DNA of 64,000 nucleotides, taken from assembly GCA_963831585.1 (NCBI GenBank), contig CAWHRA010000039.1, positions 831 to 64,830 on the forward strand, written 5' to 3'. The stretch comes from an uncultured Alphaproteobacteria bacterium (lineage in GTDB: Bacteria > Pseudomonadota > Alphaproteobacteria > Rhizobiales > Xanthobacteraceae). Under the pieces are notes generated by a model, which had not been told where the DNA came from, ran no database searches, and saw nothing but the letters and a program-made list of their open reading frames with translations. The number at the start of each line of letters is the position of its first letter. The first letter of the stretch is position 1. The translations under genes were made by a program, and so were the position numbers. Shown here in pieces: positions 43,404 through 52,963 of this stretch.

Positions 43404-46118
43404 CTACTCCGCCGCCTGCTCGAGCGGCGCCACCCGCGGCAGGATGATCTGGATCCGCGTGCCGCCGCCCGGTTCGGAATCGAGGTCGAGCCGGCCGCCC
43501 AGCCGGTTGGTCACGATCGAGTAGACGATGTGCAGGCCGAGCCCGGTGCCGCCCTGGTCGCGGCGGGTGGTGAAGAACGGATCGAAGGCGCGGCGTCGAA
43601 CGTCAAGCGACATCCCGCAACCATTGTCCGAAAACAGGATCTCGACATTGTCCTTGCCGGACTCCCGCACCTGGATATCGACGACGCCGGGCCTGCCGTC
43701 CGGGAAGGCGTGCGCTACCGCATTGAGGAACAGGTTGGTGAGCACCTGCCCGTAGGGCCCTGGATAGGAGTTCATGGAGAGGTTGGGCTGGCAGTCGACG
43801 TTGAGCGTCAGATGGTGCTTCCGTAATCCCGGCCGCAGGCTCATCACCACCTGCTCGGTCAGATCGCCGAGGTCAAAAACGCGCTGATCGCTGTAATTGC
43901 GGTCGGCCGCGACCTGCTTGAACGATGTGATCAGTTCGGCGGCGCGGTTGAGATTGGCCACCAATTGCGAGGAGGCGTCGCGGCTCGCCTCCAGAAAATC
44001 GTTGAGGCTGGATCGCCTGAGGTCGCCGCGGGCGACTTCGGCGGCGAACATGGCGGTCTTGCGTTCCAGCGACGAGGCGACCGTCAGGCTGATGCCGACG
44101 GGGTTGTTGACCTCGTGGGCGACGCCCGCCACCAGCCGGCCGAGCGCGGCGAGCTTTTCCGCCTCGATCAGCGATTGCTGGGTCTCCCGCAGATTGCGCA
44201 ACGCCGCTTCAGCGGCATCCTTGGCCTTGCGCATCTCCGCTTCGCCGCGCTTGCGCTCGCCGATATCGAGCGCCACCGTGACGATGCTCTCGATTTCGCC
44301 GTCGGCGTCGAGCAGCGGCAGCTTGTTCACCAGCCAATGCCTGAGGTTGCCGGATGAATCCAGATATTCCTCCTCGTAGAATCCAAGTCCCGTGCCAGCC
44401 GCCAGCACGCGCTTGTCGTTCTCGTCGGTCTTCTGCGCCCCGTAACGCGACATCAGGTCGGTGGTGGTGCGGCCGATGGCGTCGGCGGGCTCGACGCCGA
44501 AGATGCCGGCCATGTAGCGGTTCATCAGGATATAGCGGAGCTGCTTGTCCTTGACGTTGATGACGGCAGGCACGGTGTCGATCACCTGCTGCAGCAGCCT
44601 TCGGCCTTCGGCGATCGCATCTTCGGCGCGCTTCTGATCGGTGATGTCGCGCACCGTGCCTTCATAGCGGATGATCTGGCCGCTTTCGTCGCGCACGGCA
44701 GTGGCGCTGTCGGAGAGCCAGAGCACCGCACCTCCGCGCTGGCGCACCTGGTATTCGAACTCGCGGACCATGCCGTCGCGCTGCATCAGGAACTGGTATT
44801 GCGCGCGCGCCTCCGGATGCACATAGATGGCCACGGTGATATCGCCGATGCCGCGGATCAGATCCTCCGGCGTATCGTATCCCATCATCCGCGCCAGCGC
44901 CGGGTTGGCGTTGAGCAGCGCGCCGGCCGGCGTCGTCACATAGATTCCGTCGATCGAGCCTTCGAACAGTTTTCGATAGCTTTCCTCGGCGAGCCGCTGC
45001 TCGGCCAGCGCGTGAACCGCCGCCTCGCGCGCGGTATCGGCGTCCGCCAGGGTGCGGCGAAACACTTCGGCGGCGCGCGCGATGTCGCCGATCTCGTTGT
45101 TCACGTCCGTCAGCGGGATCGAGGCATCCTTCTGGCCACCGGCCAGCGCGCGTATCGAGGTTGCGATCGACGCCAGCGGCCGCACGGTGCGGCTGACCAC
45201 GAACAGCGCCGCGAACATCCCGATCAGGACGCCGGCGGTGCCGAGCACGATGCTCTGCCATTTGGCCTCGGCCAGCGTCCGCGCGAAATCGCGCGACAGC
45301 ACCCGCCCCCGCCGCGCGCTGAGTTCGCGCAACAGTTCGGTGACGCGTCCGATCAGCCGGCCCTCGGTGCCCAGCACTTCCTTGTCGAGCTTGGCGATCT
45401 CGGCTTCCGTTCCCGAAATCGCGGTGATCGCGTCGGCATAGGCGTTGGCTGCGGCGCGCAGCGCCGGATCGTCGATCGGCAGCGTGCGCATGCTCTGCGC
45501 CGACCGCTCCGCCGCATCGGGATCGTGCGCCAGAAGCGCCGCGTTGACCTGGTTCTGGGCCCGGAAAAGGCTCCTCGCGATGACCCGGTCGGCCACCGCC
45601 GCGATTGCCGTCTCGAACCGCTCGCGCACCGGCGGCAATTCCTCGATCAGATCCGCCCGGCGCGCGATCAGGGCGGTGACGCGCTCAATGCCTTCGCGGT
45701 AGTTCTGCAGCCGGGCGCTGACGCCATCGATCATTTCCTGCTGCGCGGGCGCGAGTTCGAGTCGGGTTTTTTTCAGAAGCGCCGTCAGGGCGGTGGCGGC
45801 CTCGCCGACCCGGTCCGGCCGGGCGCCCTGATCGGTGACGAAGTCGCGCGCCGCGAGCCGCAGCTCGTTCATCCGCCGGTCGATCTCCTCGGCGAGGTCG
45901 CCGACATCCTGCAGCCGCTGCAGCTCGGCGAAGGTCGCGTCGATGTGCCTGATCGCGATGACGCTCGCCATGCTGGTCGCCGTGATCACCGCCAGCAACA
46001 ACAGGAAGCTGCCGAAGGTCAGCTGACCGATCGACAGCGAATGCGACCTTATCCTTGCTAGCAATGCCGCAAATACAGATGGCATGGTTAATGAGACCGG
46101 GCTCCAAACAAGCCGCAA
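43404..46118 (-). CDS. membrane sensor histidine kinase (HAMP + PAS domains + HisKA/HATPase)
   Basis: 904 aa. N-terminal transmembrane and sensor region, HAMP, two PAS-like segments, H-box LVAGVAHEVNNPV, and N/G boxes DNGCGM and GGTGLGL. The start is TTG 46118 or ATG 46085. No response regulator is adjacent. Confidence 0.9.
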   Translation of the reverse strand: MRLVWSPVSLTMPSVFAALLARIRSHSLSIGQLTFGSFLLLLAVITATSMASVIAIRHIDATFAELQRLQDVGDLAEEIDRRMNELRLAARDFVTDQGARPDRVGEAATALTALLKKTRLELAPAQQEMIDGVSARLQNYREGIERVTALIARRADLIEELPPVRERFETAIAAVADRVIARSLFRAQNQVNAALLAHDPDAAERSAQSMRTLPIDDPALRAAANAYADAITAISGTEAEIAKLDKEVLGTEGRLIGRVTELLRELSARRGRVLSRDFARTLAEAKWQSIVLGTAGVLIGMFAALFVVSRTVRPLASIATSIRALAGGQKDASIPLTDVNNEIGDIARAAEVFRRTLADADTAREAAVHALAEQRLAEESYRKLFEGSIDGIYVTTPAGALLNANPALARMMGYDTPEDLIRGIGDITVAIYVHPEARAQYQFLMQRDGMVREFEYQVRQRGGAVLWLSDSATAVRDESGQIIRYEGTVRDITDQKRAEDAIAEGRRLLQQVIDTVPAVINVKDKQLRYILMNRYMAGIFGVEPADAIGRTTTDLMSRYGAQKTDENDKRVLAAGTGLGFYEEEYLDSSGNLRHWLVNKLPLLDADGEIESIVTVALDIGERKRGEAEMRKAKDAAEAALRNLRETQQSLIEAEKLAALGRLVAGVAHEVNNPVGISLTVASSLERKTAMFAAEVARGDLRRSSLNDFLEASRDASSQLVANLNRAAELITSFKQVAADRNYSDQRVFDLGDLTEQVVMSLRPGLRKHHLTLNVDCQPNLSMNSYPGPYGQVLTNLFLNAVAHAFPDGRPGVVDIQVRESGKDNVEILFSDNGCGMSLDVRRRAFDPFFTTRRDQGGTGLGLHIVYSIVTNRLGGRLDLDSEPGGGTRIQIILPRVAPLEQAAE

Positions 46119-46280
46119 TATACGACGTAATGCCTGTCAGGGGGAACATGCCGAAGAGTGTGGGACCGCCGCGGAAAGCCCGCCCGGCCGCGCTGTCCGG
46201 GCCTGATGCTGCCGGTATTGGGCCCTAACTGCCACAATTCAGGCGACCAGCGCGACAGCGCGCCGATCGGGCGCCCGGTG

Positions 46281-47258
46281 TCAATCCGCCGTAATGCCGG
46301 CGTCCTTGACGACCCTGGCCCACAGCGCGACATCGGACTTGATGATGTCGGCGAATTGCGCCCGCGGCGCGCTCTTCGGCTCACAGCCGGCGAGGTCGAG
46401 CTTTTCGCGCACGTCGGGAACGGCAAGCGCGGCCTCCAGCGCCTGGCTGATGCGGTTCACGATCGGCTCGGGCGTGCCCGCGGTCACGACAATGCCGAAC
46501 CACGGCGTCACCTGCGCCTCGCCATAGCCCTGCTCGGCCAGCGTCGGCACGTCAGGGAAATATTTCGAACGCCCGTCGCTGATCGCGCCGATGATCCGGA
46601 TCGAGCCGGTCTGCACCTGCGCGAGCGCCTGGTTGGCGGACAGGAAGGTCGAATTGATCAGGCCGGAGGCGATGTCGGGCAGCATCTGCGGATAGCCGCG
46701 ATAGCCGACGCCGGTGACGTCGATCCCGGCGAGCCGCTTGAACAGCTCGAAACCGAGATGCCCGGTGGAGCCCTTGCCGGGGTGGCTGTAGTTCAGCGTG
46801 CCCGGCTTTGCCTTCGCCAGCGCCACATATTCGGCCACGCTCTTCACCGGCAGGCTGGAGGGAACGACGAAGAAATTCGGCGCCCGGCAGATCTGCCCGA
46901 CCGGGATGAAATCGCGCTGCGGATCCCAGCGCAGGGTGTTGTAGAGCGACGGGCTGGTGCTGAAGAAGGTCGTCACCAGCAGCCACGTGTATCCGTCCGG
47001 CGCCGCGCGCGCGACTTCCTCGGCGGCGATCGAGCCATTGGCGCCGGATTTGATCTCGTTGATGATCGAGCCGTTCCACTGCGCCGCCATGTTCTGCGCG
47101 ACGATGCGCGCGAACACGTCGGCGACGCTGCCCGCCGAATAGGGAATGACGATGTGTACCGGCCGGCTTGGAAAGCTGTCCTCGGCCAGGGTTATGCCCG
47201 GCGCAGCAACGACCATCAGCCACGCAGCCATCGCTGCGCCGAACCGCCAACTCCTCAT
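46281..47258 (-). CDS. Bug/TctC-family tripartite tricarboxylate transporter substrate-binding protein
   Basis: Signal peptide plus FPSRPVHIVIPYSAGSVADVFARIVA and YSHPGKGSTGHLGFELF motifs. Confidence 0.85.
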   Translation of the reverse strand: MRSWRFGAAMAAWLMVVAAPGITLAEDSFPSRPVHIVIPYSAGSVADVFARIVAQNMAAQWNGSIINEIKSGANGSIAAEEVARAAPDGYTWLLVTTFFSTSPSLYNTLRWDPQRDFIPVGQICRAPNFFVVPSSLPVKSVAEYVALAKAKPGTLNYSHPGKGSTGHLGFELFKRLAGIDVTGVGYRGYPQMLPDIASGLINSTFLSANQALAQVQTGSIRIIGAISDGRSKYFPDVPTLAEQGYGEAQVTPWFGIVVTAGTPEPIVNRISQALEAALAVPDVREKLDLAGCEPKSAPRAQFADIIKSDVALWARVVKDAGITAD

Positions 47259-47402
47259 GGTGCGTCCCCTGCCCTGATCGCTTATCGGCGCCCTCCTGGA
47301 GCGTCCGGGTTTTCAGGACAGGATGCCGACAATCCCCTGGGCCAGCAAGGGCGACAGCGATGCAGCCAGGCGGGGCTGGATTGCGCGCACGCGCGGCCGC
47401 CG

Positions 47403-48326
47403 TCAGGAAGAGGCGCCGAGCGCCGCCGGCTTCCGCGCCGGAATGGTCATCGCGGCGACGCCGATCACCACGCAGCCGAGGCCGATCCATGCCGTCGGCG
47501 TCAGCCTTTCGCCGAGCAACGCGACGCCGAGGCCGACGCCGATCGGCACGCGCAGATAGGCCTGCGCCGTGGTGCCGACCGAGCCGAGCGTCTGGACCAG
47601 CCGGAAATAGATCACGAAGGCGAGCGCGGTGGAGAACACCGCAAGCGCGAGCAGCGCCAGCAGCGAACTCATCGACGGCGCGAGCGTCCACGGCTGGTCC
47701 ACGACGAGGCTGACGGGAACGAGGATCGCCGCGCCGCAGAGCAGCGAGCCGGCCGCCGGCGCCATCGGATCGAGACCTTTAAAACCGCGGCTGAAGATGG
47801 CGGCACCCGCATAGCAGACGGTCGCCACAACAGTAGCGATCTCGGCCACGAGTTGCTCGCCGAGGCCGGCCAGGGCCTGCACGCCGACGATCAGGCAGAT
47901 GCCGGCCATCCCCGCCACGACGCCGAACAGCTTTCGCCCATCCACCGGCTCATGGCGCGTCAGGGCCAGCGTCAGGAAGAACGCAAAGATCGGCGAGGTC
48001 GAATTGAGGATAGTCGCGAGCCCCGCATCGAGCGCCCGTTCGGCCCAGGCGATCAGCGTCCACGGGATCACGCTGTTGAGACAGGCCTGGAACAGGAAGC
48101 GCCGCCAGGTCGCGGCATCCCCCGGCATCCGCAAGCCGCGCCCATGCATGATTGCGAGCAGCAGCAGGCCGGCAATCGAGGTGCGCGCCGCGATCAGGGT
48201 CACCGGCGGAATCGTCGCCACGCCGAGCTTGATGAAGGTGTATGAACCGCCCCACAGCGTCGCGAGCAGCAGGAGCAGCGCGAGTTCGATCGCGATGGCG
48301 GGGATTCGGGAGTGGGAGGTTTCCAT
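47403..48326 (-). CDS. EamA/DMT-family transporter
   Basis: 307 aa and ten-transmembrane-like. LLATLWGGSYTFIK and a duplicated EamA pattern. Confidence 0.85.
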   Translation of the reverse strand: METSHSRIPAIAIELALLLLLATLWGGSYTFIKLGVATIPPVTLIAARTSIAGLLLLAIMHGRGLRMPGDAATWRRFLFQACLNSVIPWTLIAWAERALDAGLATILNSTSPIFAFFLTLALTRHEPVDGRKLFGVVAGMAGICLIVGVQALAGLGEQLVAEIATVVATVCYAGAAIFSRGFKGLDPMAPAAGSLLCGAAILVPVSLVVDQPWTLAPSMSSLLALLALAVFSTALAFVIYFRLVQTLGSVGTTAQAYLRVPIGVGLGVALLGERLTPTAWIGLGCVVIGVAAMTIPARKPAALGASS

Positions 48327-48409
48327 GTGCGCGGTTCCGGCTCGGGTGCGAGGCGGAACCTACATGGTCGACGGGGCGGGATACTTCGCTACGGATCGAA
48401 CTGTGCGAT

Positions 48410-48526
48410 CGTCGTTGCGAGGAGCGAAGCGACGAAGCAATCCAGCTTGCTTGCCGCGCTATGGATTGCTTCGCGGAGCCTGTCATCGGGCGGCGCTTTG
48501 CGCCGACCCGTTGGCTCGCAATGACG
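48410..48526. repeat. nested-palindrome intergenic element
   Basis: Outer arms CGTCGTTGCGAG / CTCGCAATGACG (48410-48421 and 48515-48526). Inner perfect arms GAAGCAATCCA / TGGATTGCTTC (48434-48444 and 48462-48472). Confidence 0.6.
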
Positions 48527-48538
48527 GCGGAGAGAACG

Positions 48539-49345
48539 TCAGCCCACCGCGCCGACTTCGAACACCTCGCCGTCATAGCCGGCTTCCAGGGGGATGCGGA
48601 GCTGGCGACCGCCGTTGAGCTTTGTCATGACCGGCATCACCGTGACGATGTTCTTGCCCCGGCTGTCGTCGAGCGCGGCCTTGACACTTCCCTGCTTGCC
48701 GAGCCGGATCAAATTGCGCGTGGTCGGGAACGGCAGCTTGAAGCGACCGCTCTCGCCGCCTTCCAGCGCCTCGCGCGGCGACACCCAGATCGAGTTGGTG
48801 GATTCCTTGCCGTCATGCGCTCCGGCCTGCTCCGGAGGCGCGGCGGCGAGGAAGAACCAGGTGTCGAACCGCTTCGGCATGCCCTCGGGCGTGATCCAGT
48901 GCGCATAGGGCACGAGTTCGTCGAGCGCCAGCACCATGTCGTTGTCCGTCAGCACCTTCAGGAAGGTCGTCTTGCCGTCGCACAACTCGCTGCGATGGGC
49001 CTTCTCGATCTCGCTGGCCCGCCTCGCATCGACCAGCGTCTTCGAGCCGCGGGGACGCGCGAGCAGGATGCCGCTTTCCTCAAACGTCTCGCGGATCGCC
49101 GCGATCCGGAAACTCAGGTCGGCCGCATCGAGTCCCTCGCCGCCCGAATGGAGCGCGGGGTTGGCGATGATCTCCTGGTCGCCCTTGTCGACGCTGCCGC
49201 CGGGAAACACCAGCGCGCCGGAGTTAAAGTCGATCTCATAATGGCGCACCATCATGAAGACCTCGATCTCGTCCTTCCTCTGGGTGCTGTCGCGCAGCAG
49301 CAGGATGGTCGAGGCGGGACGCGGCGGCTTTGCGGGTTCGGTCAT
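48539..49345 (-). CDS. NUDIX hydrolase
   Basis: Nudix box GALVFPGGSVDKGD...AAIRETFEESGILLA. Confidence 0.75.
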   Translation of the reverse strand: MTEPAKPPRPASTILLLRDSTQRKDEIEVFMMVRHYEIDFNSGALVFPGGSVDKGDQEIIANPALHSGGEGLDAADLSFRIAAIRETFEESGILLARPRGSKTLVDARRASEIEKAHRSELCDGKTTFLKVLTDNDMVLALDELVPYAHWITPEGMPKRFDTWFFLAAAPPEQAGAHDGKESTNSIWVSPREALEGGESGRFKLPFPTTRNLIRLGKQGSVKAALDDSRGKNIVTVMPVMTKLNGGRQLRIPLEAGYDGEVFEVGAVG

Positions 49346-49349
49346 GGGA

Positions 49350-50306
49350 TCATTCCGCCGCGCTGGATTGCGGCTGCAGATTGGCGCGGCGGTCGACGCG
49401 CGCCACCCGCGACAGCAGGTAATCGACTTCGGCCTTTGCGGTTGCGGTGATGGCCGCGCCCGGCTTGCGCTGTGCGCTGGAAGCGATCACGCCGCGCTTC
49501 TGCAGCACGTATTTGCGCACCGCCAGGCCGGCGCCGGGCTGCTGCTCGTAACGGATCAGCGGCAGATGGGCGTCGAACAAATCGTGCGCGGCGTCGCGCT
49601 TGCCCGCCTTCGACAGTTTCACCACGTCGATCAGGAGTTCCGGGAAGGCGTAGCCGGTCATGGCGCCGTCGGCGCCGCGCTCCATCTCGAAATCGAGAAA
49701 CAGCCCGCCATTGCCGGTCAGGATCGACAACGGCCGCAGCGAGCCGTCTTTTTGGAACGCACGCAACGCGCTGATCTTTTCCAGCCCCGGCCAGTCCTCG
49801 TGCTTGAGCATCACGCAGGACGGTGAGTCCATCACGATCTTGCGGATTACGGCCGGCGTGAACACCACCGTCAAGGTGAGCGGATAATCCTGCAGCACCC
49901 AGGGAATGTCGTCGCCAATCGCTTCCTGCGCCTGCTTGAAATAGCCAATGATCTGGTCGTCGGTGCGCAGATGCGGCGGCGGCGCGATCATCACCCCGGC
50001 GGCGCCGGCATCCATCGAGGCCCTCGCCAGCGAGCGCATGCTGGCAAATCCTGGCGCGGAGACGCCGACGATGATCTGCATGTTTTTCGCGCGCTTGACG
50101 AAGCGGATCGCCACCTGCTCGGCCTCGGCGGCATCGAGCTTCGGCGCCTCGCCCAGAATGCCCAGCACGGTCACCCCGTCGCAGCCGACCTCGGCGTAGA
50201 AATCCGTCAGCCGGTCGATCGATTTCTCGTCGATGCGACCGTCCTCGTGGAACGGCGTCGGCGCAATCGCGAACGTGCCTGCAGCCTTGGCGGTGAGTTT
50301 TGTCAT
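49350..50306 (-). CDS. dihydrodipicolinate synthase/N-acetylneuraminate lyase family protein
   Basis: FAIAPTPFHEDGRIDEKSIDRLTDFY..GCDGVTVLGILGE and a downstream TIM-barrel pattern. Confidence 0.85.
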   Translation of the reverse strand: MTKLTAKAAGTFAIAPTPFHEDGRIDEKSIDRLTDFYAEVGCDGVTVLGILGEAPKLDAAEAEQVAIRFVKRAKNMQIIVGVSAPGFASMRSLARASMDAGAAGVMIAPPPHLRTDDQIIGYFKQAQEAIGDDIPWVLQDYPLTLTVVFTPAVIRKIVMDSPSCVMLKHEDWPGLEKISALRAFQKDGSLRPLSILTGNGGLFLDFEMERGADGAMTGYAFPELLIDVVKLSKAGKRDAAHDLFDAHLPLIRYEQQPGAGLAVRKYVLQKRGVIASSAQRKPGAAITATAKAEVDYLLSRVARVDRRANLQPQSSAAE

Positions 50307-50326
50307 GTGGTGCCTCTATCCTCTTT

Positions 50327-50427
50327 CGTCATTCCGGGGCACGCGAAGCGTGAACTACGATGTGCAATTGCACATCTGAGAACCTCGAGATTCCGGGTTC
50401 GGCTCTACGAGCCGCCCCGGAATGACG
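50327..50427. repeat. palindromic intergenic element, long form (GTCATTCCGGG family)
   Basis: CGTCATTCCGGGG...TGTGCAATTGCACA...GATTCCGGGTTCGG...GCCCCGGAATGACG. Same termini as 11551 and 18226. Confidence 0.7.
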
Positions 50428-50431
50428 GGGC

Positions 50432-51310
50432 TCAAAACCTTCGCGCGCCCATCTTGATCTCTTCCTCGGTGAAAAAGATCTCGCTGGCGTGTTCGACGAT
50501 ATCCTCCGGCTTCCATCCGGCATGCGGCGGCTTCCAGCCCGGCTTTTCCATCATCCGCATCTCGCGCACGCCGCGCGGACCGGACACGCCCAGCGTCTTG
50601 CCGGTCTGGTCGCCCGACAACTCGCTGACCATGTATAGCACGGCCGGCGCGATCCCATCAGGCCCAAGCGCCATTCCGGGGTTTTCGATATAGCGCGGCA
50701 GGTCCGCGGTCATGCGGGTCAGCGCGCCCGGCGCCAGCGTCCAGATCCGGATGTTGTATTTGCGGCCCTCGATCGCCAGCACGTTGGACAGGCCCCAGAT
50801 ACCGCCCTTGGCGGCGCCGTAATTGCTCTGGCCGAAATTGCCGATCAGGCCCGAGGTCGACGAGGTGTTGACGATAACCCCGCCGCCGTTCTCGCGCATC
50901 CAGCGGAATACCGGCTGGGTGACGCAGAACGTGCCCTTCAGGTGCACCTTCAGGACCTTGTCCCAGGCGGCTTCGGTCGCCTTGGCGAAGGTCTGGTCGA
51001 GCAGGATGCCGGCATTGTTGACGAGGATGTCGGCGCGGCCGAAATGTTTGATGGCGTCATCGAACACCGACTGGCCGCCCGCCAGGGTCGAGATGTCGGC
51101 GCCGTTGGCGACCGCGCGGCCGCCCTCGGCCTTGATCGCATCGACGACCTTCTGCGCCATTGAAACGTCGGCGCCGGAGCCGTCGCGGGGGCCGCCGAGG
51201 TCGTTGACCACGACAGCAGCGCCCTCGCGCGCGAACAACTTTGCATAGGCCTCACCGAGTCCGCCGCCCGCCCCGGTGATCAGCGCCACCTTGCCGTCGA
51301 GTAATCCCAT
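50432..51310 (-). CDS. SDR-family oxidoreductase (hydroxyacyl-CoA dehydrogenase-like)
   Basis: VALITGAGGGLGEAYA (TGxxxGxG), NNAGIL, and the YGAAK catalytic motif. Confidence 0.85.
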   Translation of the reverse strand: MGLLDGKVALITGAGGGLGEAYAKLFAREGAAVVVNDLGGPRDGSGADVSMAQKVVDAIKAEGGRAVANGADISTLAGGQSVFDDAIKHFGRADILVNNAGILLDQTFAKATEAAWDKVLKVHLKGTFCVTQPVFRWMRENGGGVIVNTSSTSGLIGNFGQSNYGAAKGGIWGLSNVLAIEGRKYNIRIWTLAPGALTRMTADLPRYIENPGMALGPDGIAPAVLYMVSELSGDQTGKTLGVSGPRGVREMRMMEKPGWKPPHAGWKPEDIVEHASEIFFTEEEIKMGARRF

Positions 51311-51339
51311 GTGTCTTGCTCCCTTATTCTTGCTGCTCT

Positions 51340-51505
51340 TCCTTACCTCACCCCGCGCGGGGAGAGGTCGATGGCGAAGCCTTCGGATGAGGGGGACTCT
51401 CAGCGAGTCCCGGTGCGGAGTTAGCCCCTCACCCCACCCCTCTCAGAGCGAGCTTCGCTCGTCTCGACCCCGCGAAGAGCGGGGCGAGGGAGCGCACCGC
51501 TCTCG
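51340..51505. repeat. GC-rich array of short stem-loops (REP-like)
   Basis: CCCCGCGCGGGG palindrome, plus AGCGAGC-ttc-GCTCG and CCCCGC-gaaga-GCGGGG hairpins. Non-coding gap between the SDR and MaoC genes. Confidence 0.5.
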
Positions 51506-51508
51506 CCT

Positions 51509-52369
51509 TTAACCCAGCACCGTCTTGCCGCTCTTGATGACGGCGACGTTGCGCGACTTCACCCTGGCCTCGAACGAGATCACATTGCCGTCCTTCCACA
51601 GATCCATGGTCACGGTCTCGCCGGGATAGACCGGCGAGGAGAACCGCGCCACGTGCTGCCGGAAGGCCGAGGGATCGTAGTCGGCATAGGTCTGCAGCAC
51701 GCCGCGGCAGGTGATGCCGTAGGTGCACATGCCGTGCAGGATCGGCTTGGCGAAACCGGCGCGCTTTGCAAATTCGGGATCAGAGTGCAGCGGATTGCGG
51801 TCGCCGCAGAGCCGGTAGACCAGCGCCTGATCCGGACGGGTCGAAATATCAATGGTCTTGTCGGGGCTGCGGGTCGGCACCTTGTGCGGCTCGGGCTGGC
51901 CTTCCGACGGGCCGCCGAAACCACCATCGCCGCGCGCGAACCGCGAGGCCACCAGCGTCGCCAGTTTGTCGCCCTGCTCGTCCCGCAGCACGGTCTGGTG
52001 CCGGATCACGGCGCCCTTGTCCTTGCCCTTATCGAACACGTCCAGCACGGTTGAATCGGCGGTGATGCGCGCCGCTGTCGCCAGCGGCTTGTGGAAGGTG
52101 ATGTCGCGCTCGCCGTCGACCACCATCACGCGATTGAGGTTCATCTCGCCGGGGCCCGCCCCCCACGCCGCGACCGATGCGAACGTCGGCACCACTTTCA
52201 ACGGACGCGGCGTTGCGACCGCTTCGTTGACGAAGGCCAGTTCCTTTTCGTCCATGGGGTCGGCGCCCATGCCGATGCCGTAGGCGTAAAGCATCACCTC
52301 GCGATCGCCGTAGGCGTATTTCTGCCCGAGGTTTTTCAGCGCCATCAGCTCGTCGTACTTGATCGGCAT
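51509..52369 (-). CDS. MaoC-family (R)-specific enoyl-CoA hydratase, double hot-dog
   Basis: From the ATG at 52369. The C-terminal half has YRLCGDRNPLHSDPEFAKRAGFAKPILHGMCTYG. The upstream part of the track ORF is repeat-derived. Confidence 0.85.
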   Translation of the reverse strand: MPIKYDELMALKNLGQKYAYGDREVMLYAYGIGMGADPMDEKELAFVNEAVATPRPLKVVPTFASVAAWGAGPGEMNLNRVMVVDGERDITFHKPLATAARITADSTVLDVFDKGKDKGAVIRHQTVLRDEQGDKLATLVASRFARGDGGFGGPSEGQPEPHKVPTRSPDKTIDISTRPDQALVYRLCGDRNPLHSDPEFAKRAGFAKPILHGMCTYGITCRGVLQTYADYDPSAFRQHVARFSSPVYPGETVTMDLWKDGNVISFEARVKSRNVAVIKSGKTVLG

Positions 52370-52384
52370 CTCGTCACTTCTCCC

Positions 52385-52570
52385 GAACTTTTGTTCACCG
52401 GTGCCCGTTACTGCGCCCTCTCCCCTTGTGGGAGAGGGCTGCACAGGCGCAGACACAACCTCGCTACGGTGAGGGGTTGGCCCCGCGGGCACTTGTTCCC
52501 GCATGGATAGAGACCCCTCATCCGGCGCGGACTTCGTCCGCGCCACCTTCTCCCACAAGGGGAGAAGGAA
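52385..52570. repeat. GC-rich array of short stem-loops (REP-like)
   Basis: CCCTCTCCCC-ttgt-GGGAGAGGG, GGCGCGGAC-ttc-GTCCGCGCC and CCTTCTCCC-acaa-GGGGAGAAGG hairpins read directly. Confidence 0.5.
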
Positions 52571-52573
52571 GAA

Positions 52574-52963
52574 CTAAGCCGGCGTGAAGAACGGCAGCGG
52601 CGGGCCGTCGGTGGTCTTGAACACCACTTTTACCTTTTGGCCGATCTTCAATTTCGTCTGGTCGCAGTCGACGAAGTTGGTCAATAGCGACGGGCCTTCC
52701 TTCAGCGTGACGTAGCCGATCGCGTAAGGCCCCGAGGCGGACTTGCGCATCAGGCTGAACGTGTAGATCTCGCCCTCGCCGGAGCTTTCCTCCCACACCG
52801 TCTTGTCGGAGAAGCAGAACGGGCAGATCGAGCGCGGGAAGTAATGCGCTTCGCCGCAGGCGGTGCAGCGCTTGATCAACAGCTTGCCCTCGACGGCCTG
52901 GTCCCAGAAATGCTTGGTCTCGGGATTGCCCTGCGGCGTCGGATATTTCACGGGGTTGTCCAT
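52574..52963 (-). CDS. Zn-ribbon/OB-fold protein (DUF35)
   Basis: HFWDQAVEGKLLIKRCTACGEAHYFPRSICPFC (rubredoxin-like CxxC...CxxC), then an OB-fold. The start overlaps the thiolase stop by 1 nt. Confidence 0.8.
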   Translation of the reverse strand: MDNPVKYPTPQGNPETKHFWDQAVEGKLLIKRCTACGEAHYFPRSICPFCFSDKTVWEESSGEGEIYTFSLMRKSASGPYAIGYVTLKEGPSLLTNFVDCDQTKLKIGQKVKVVFKTTDGPPLPFFTPA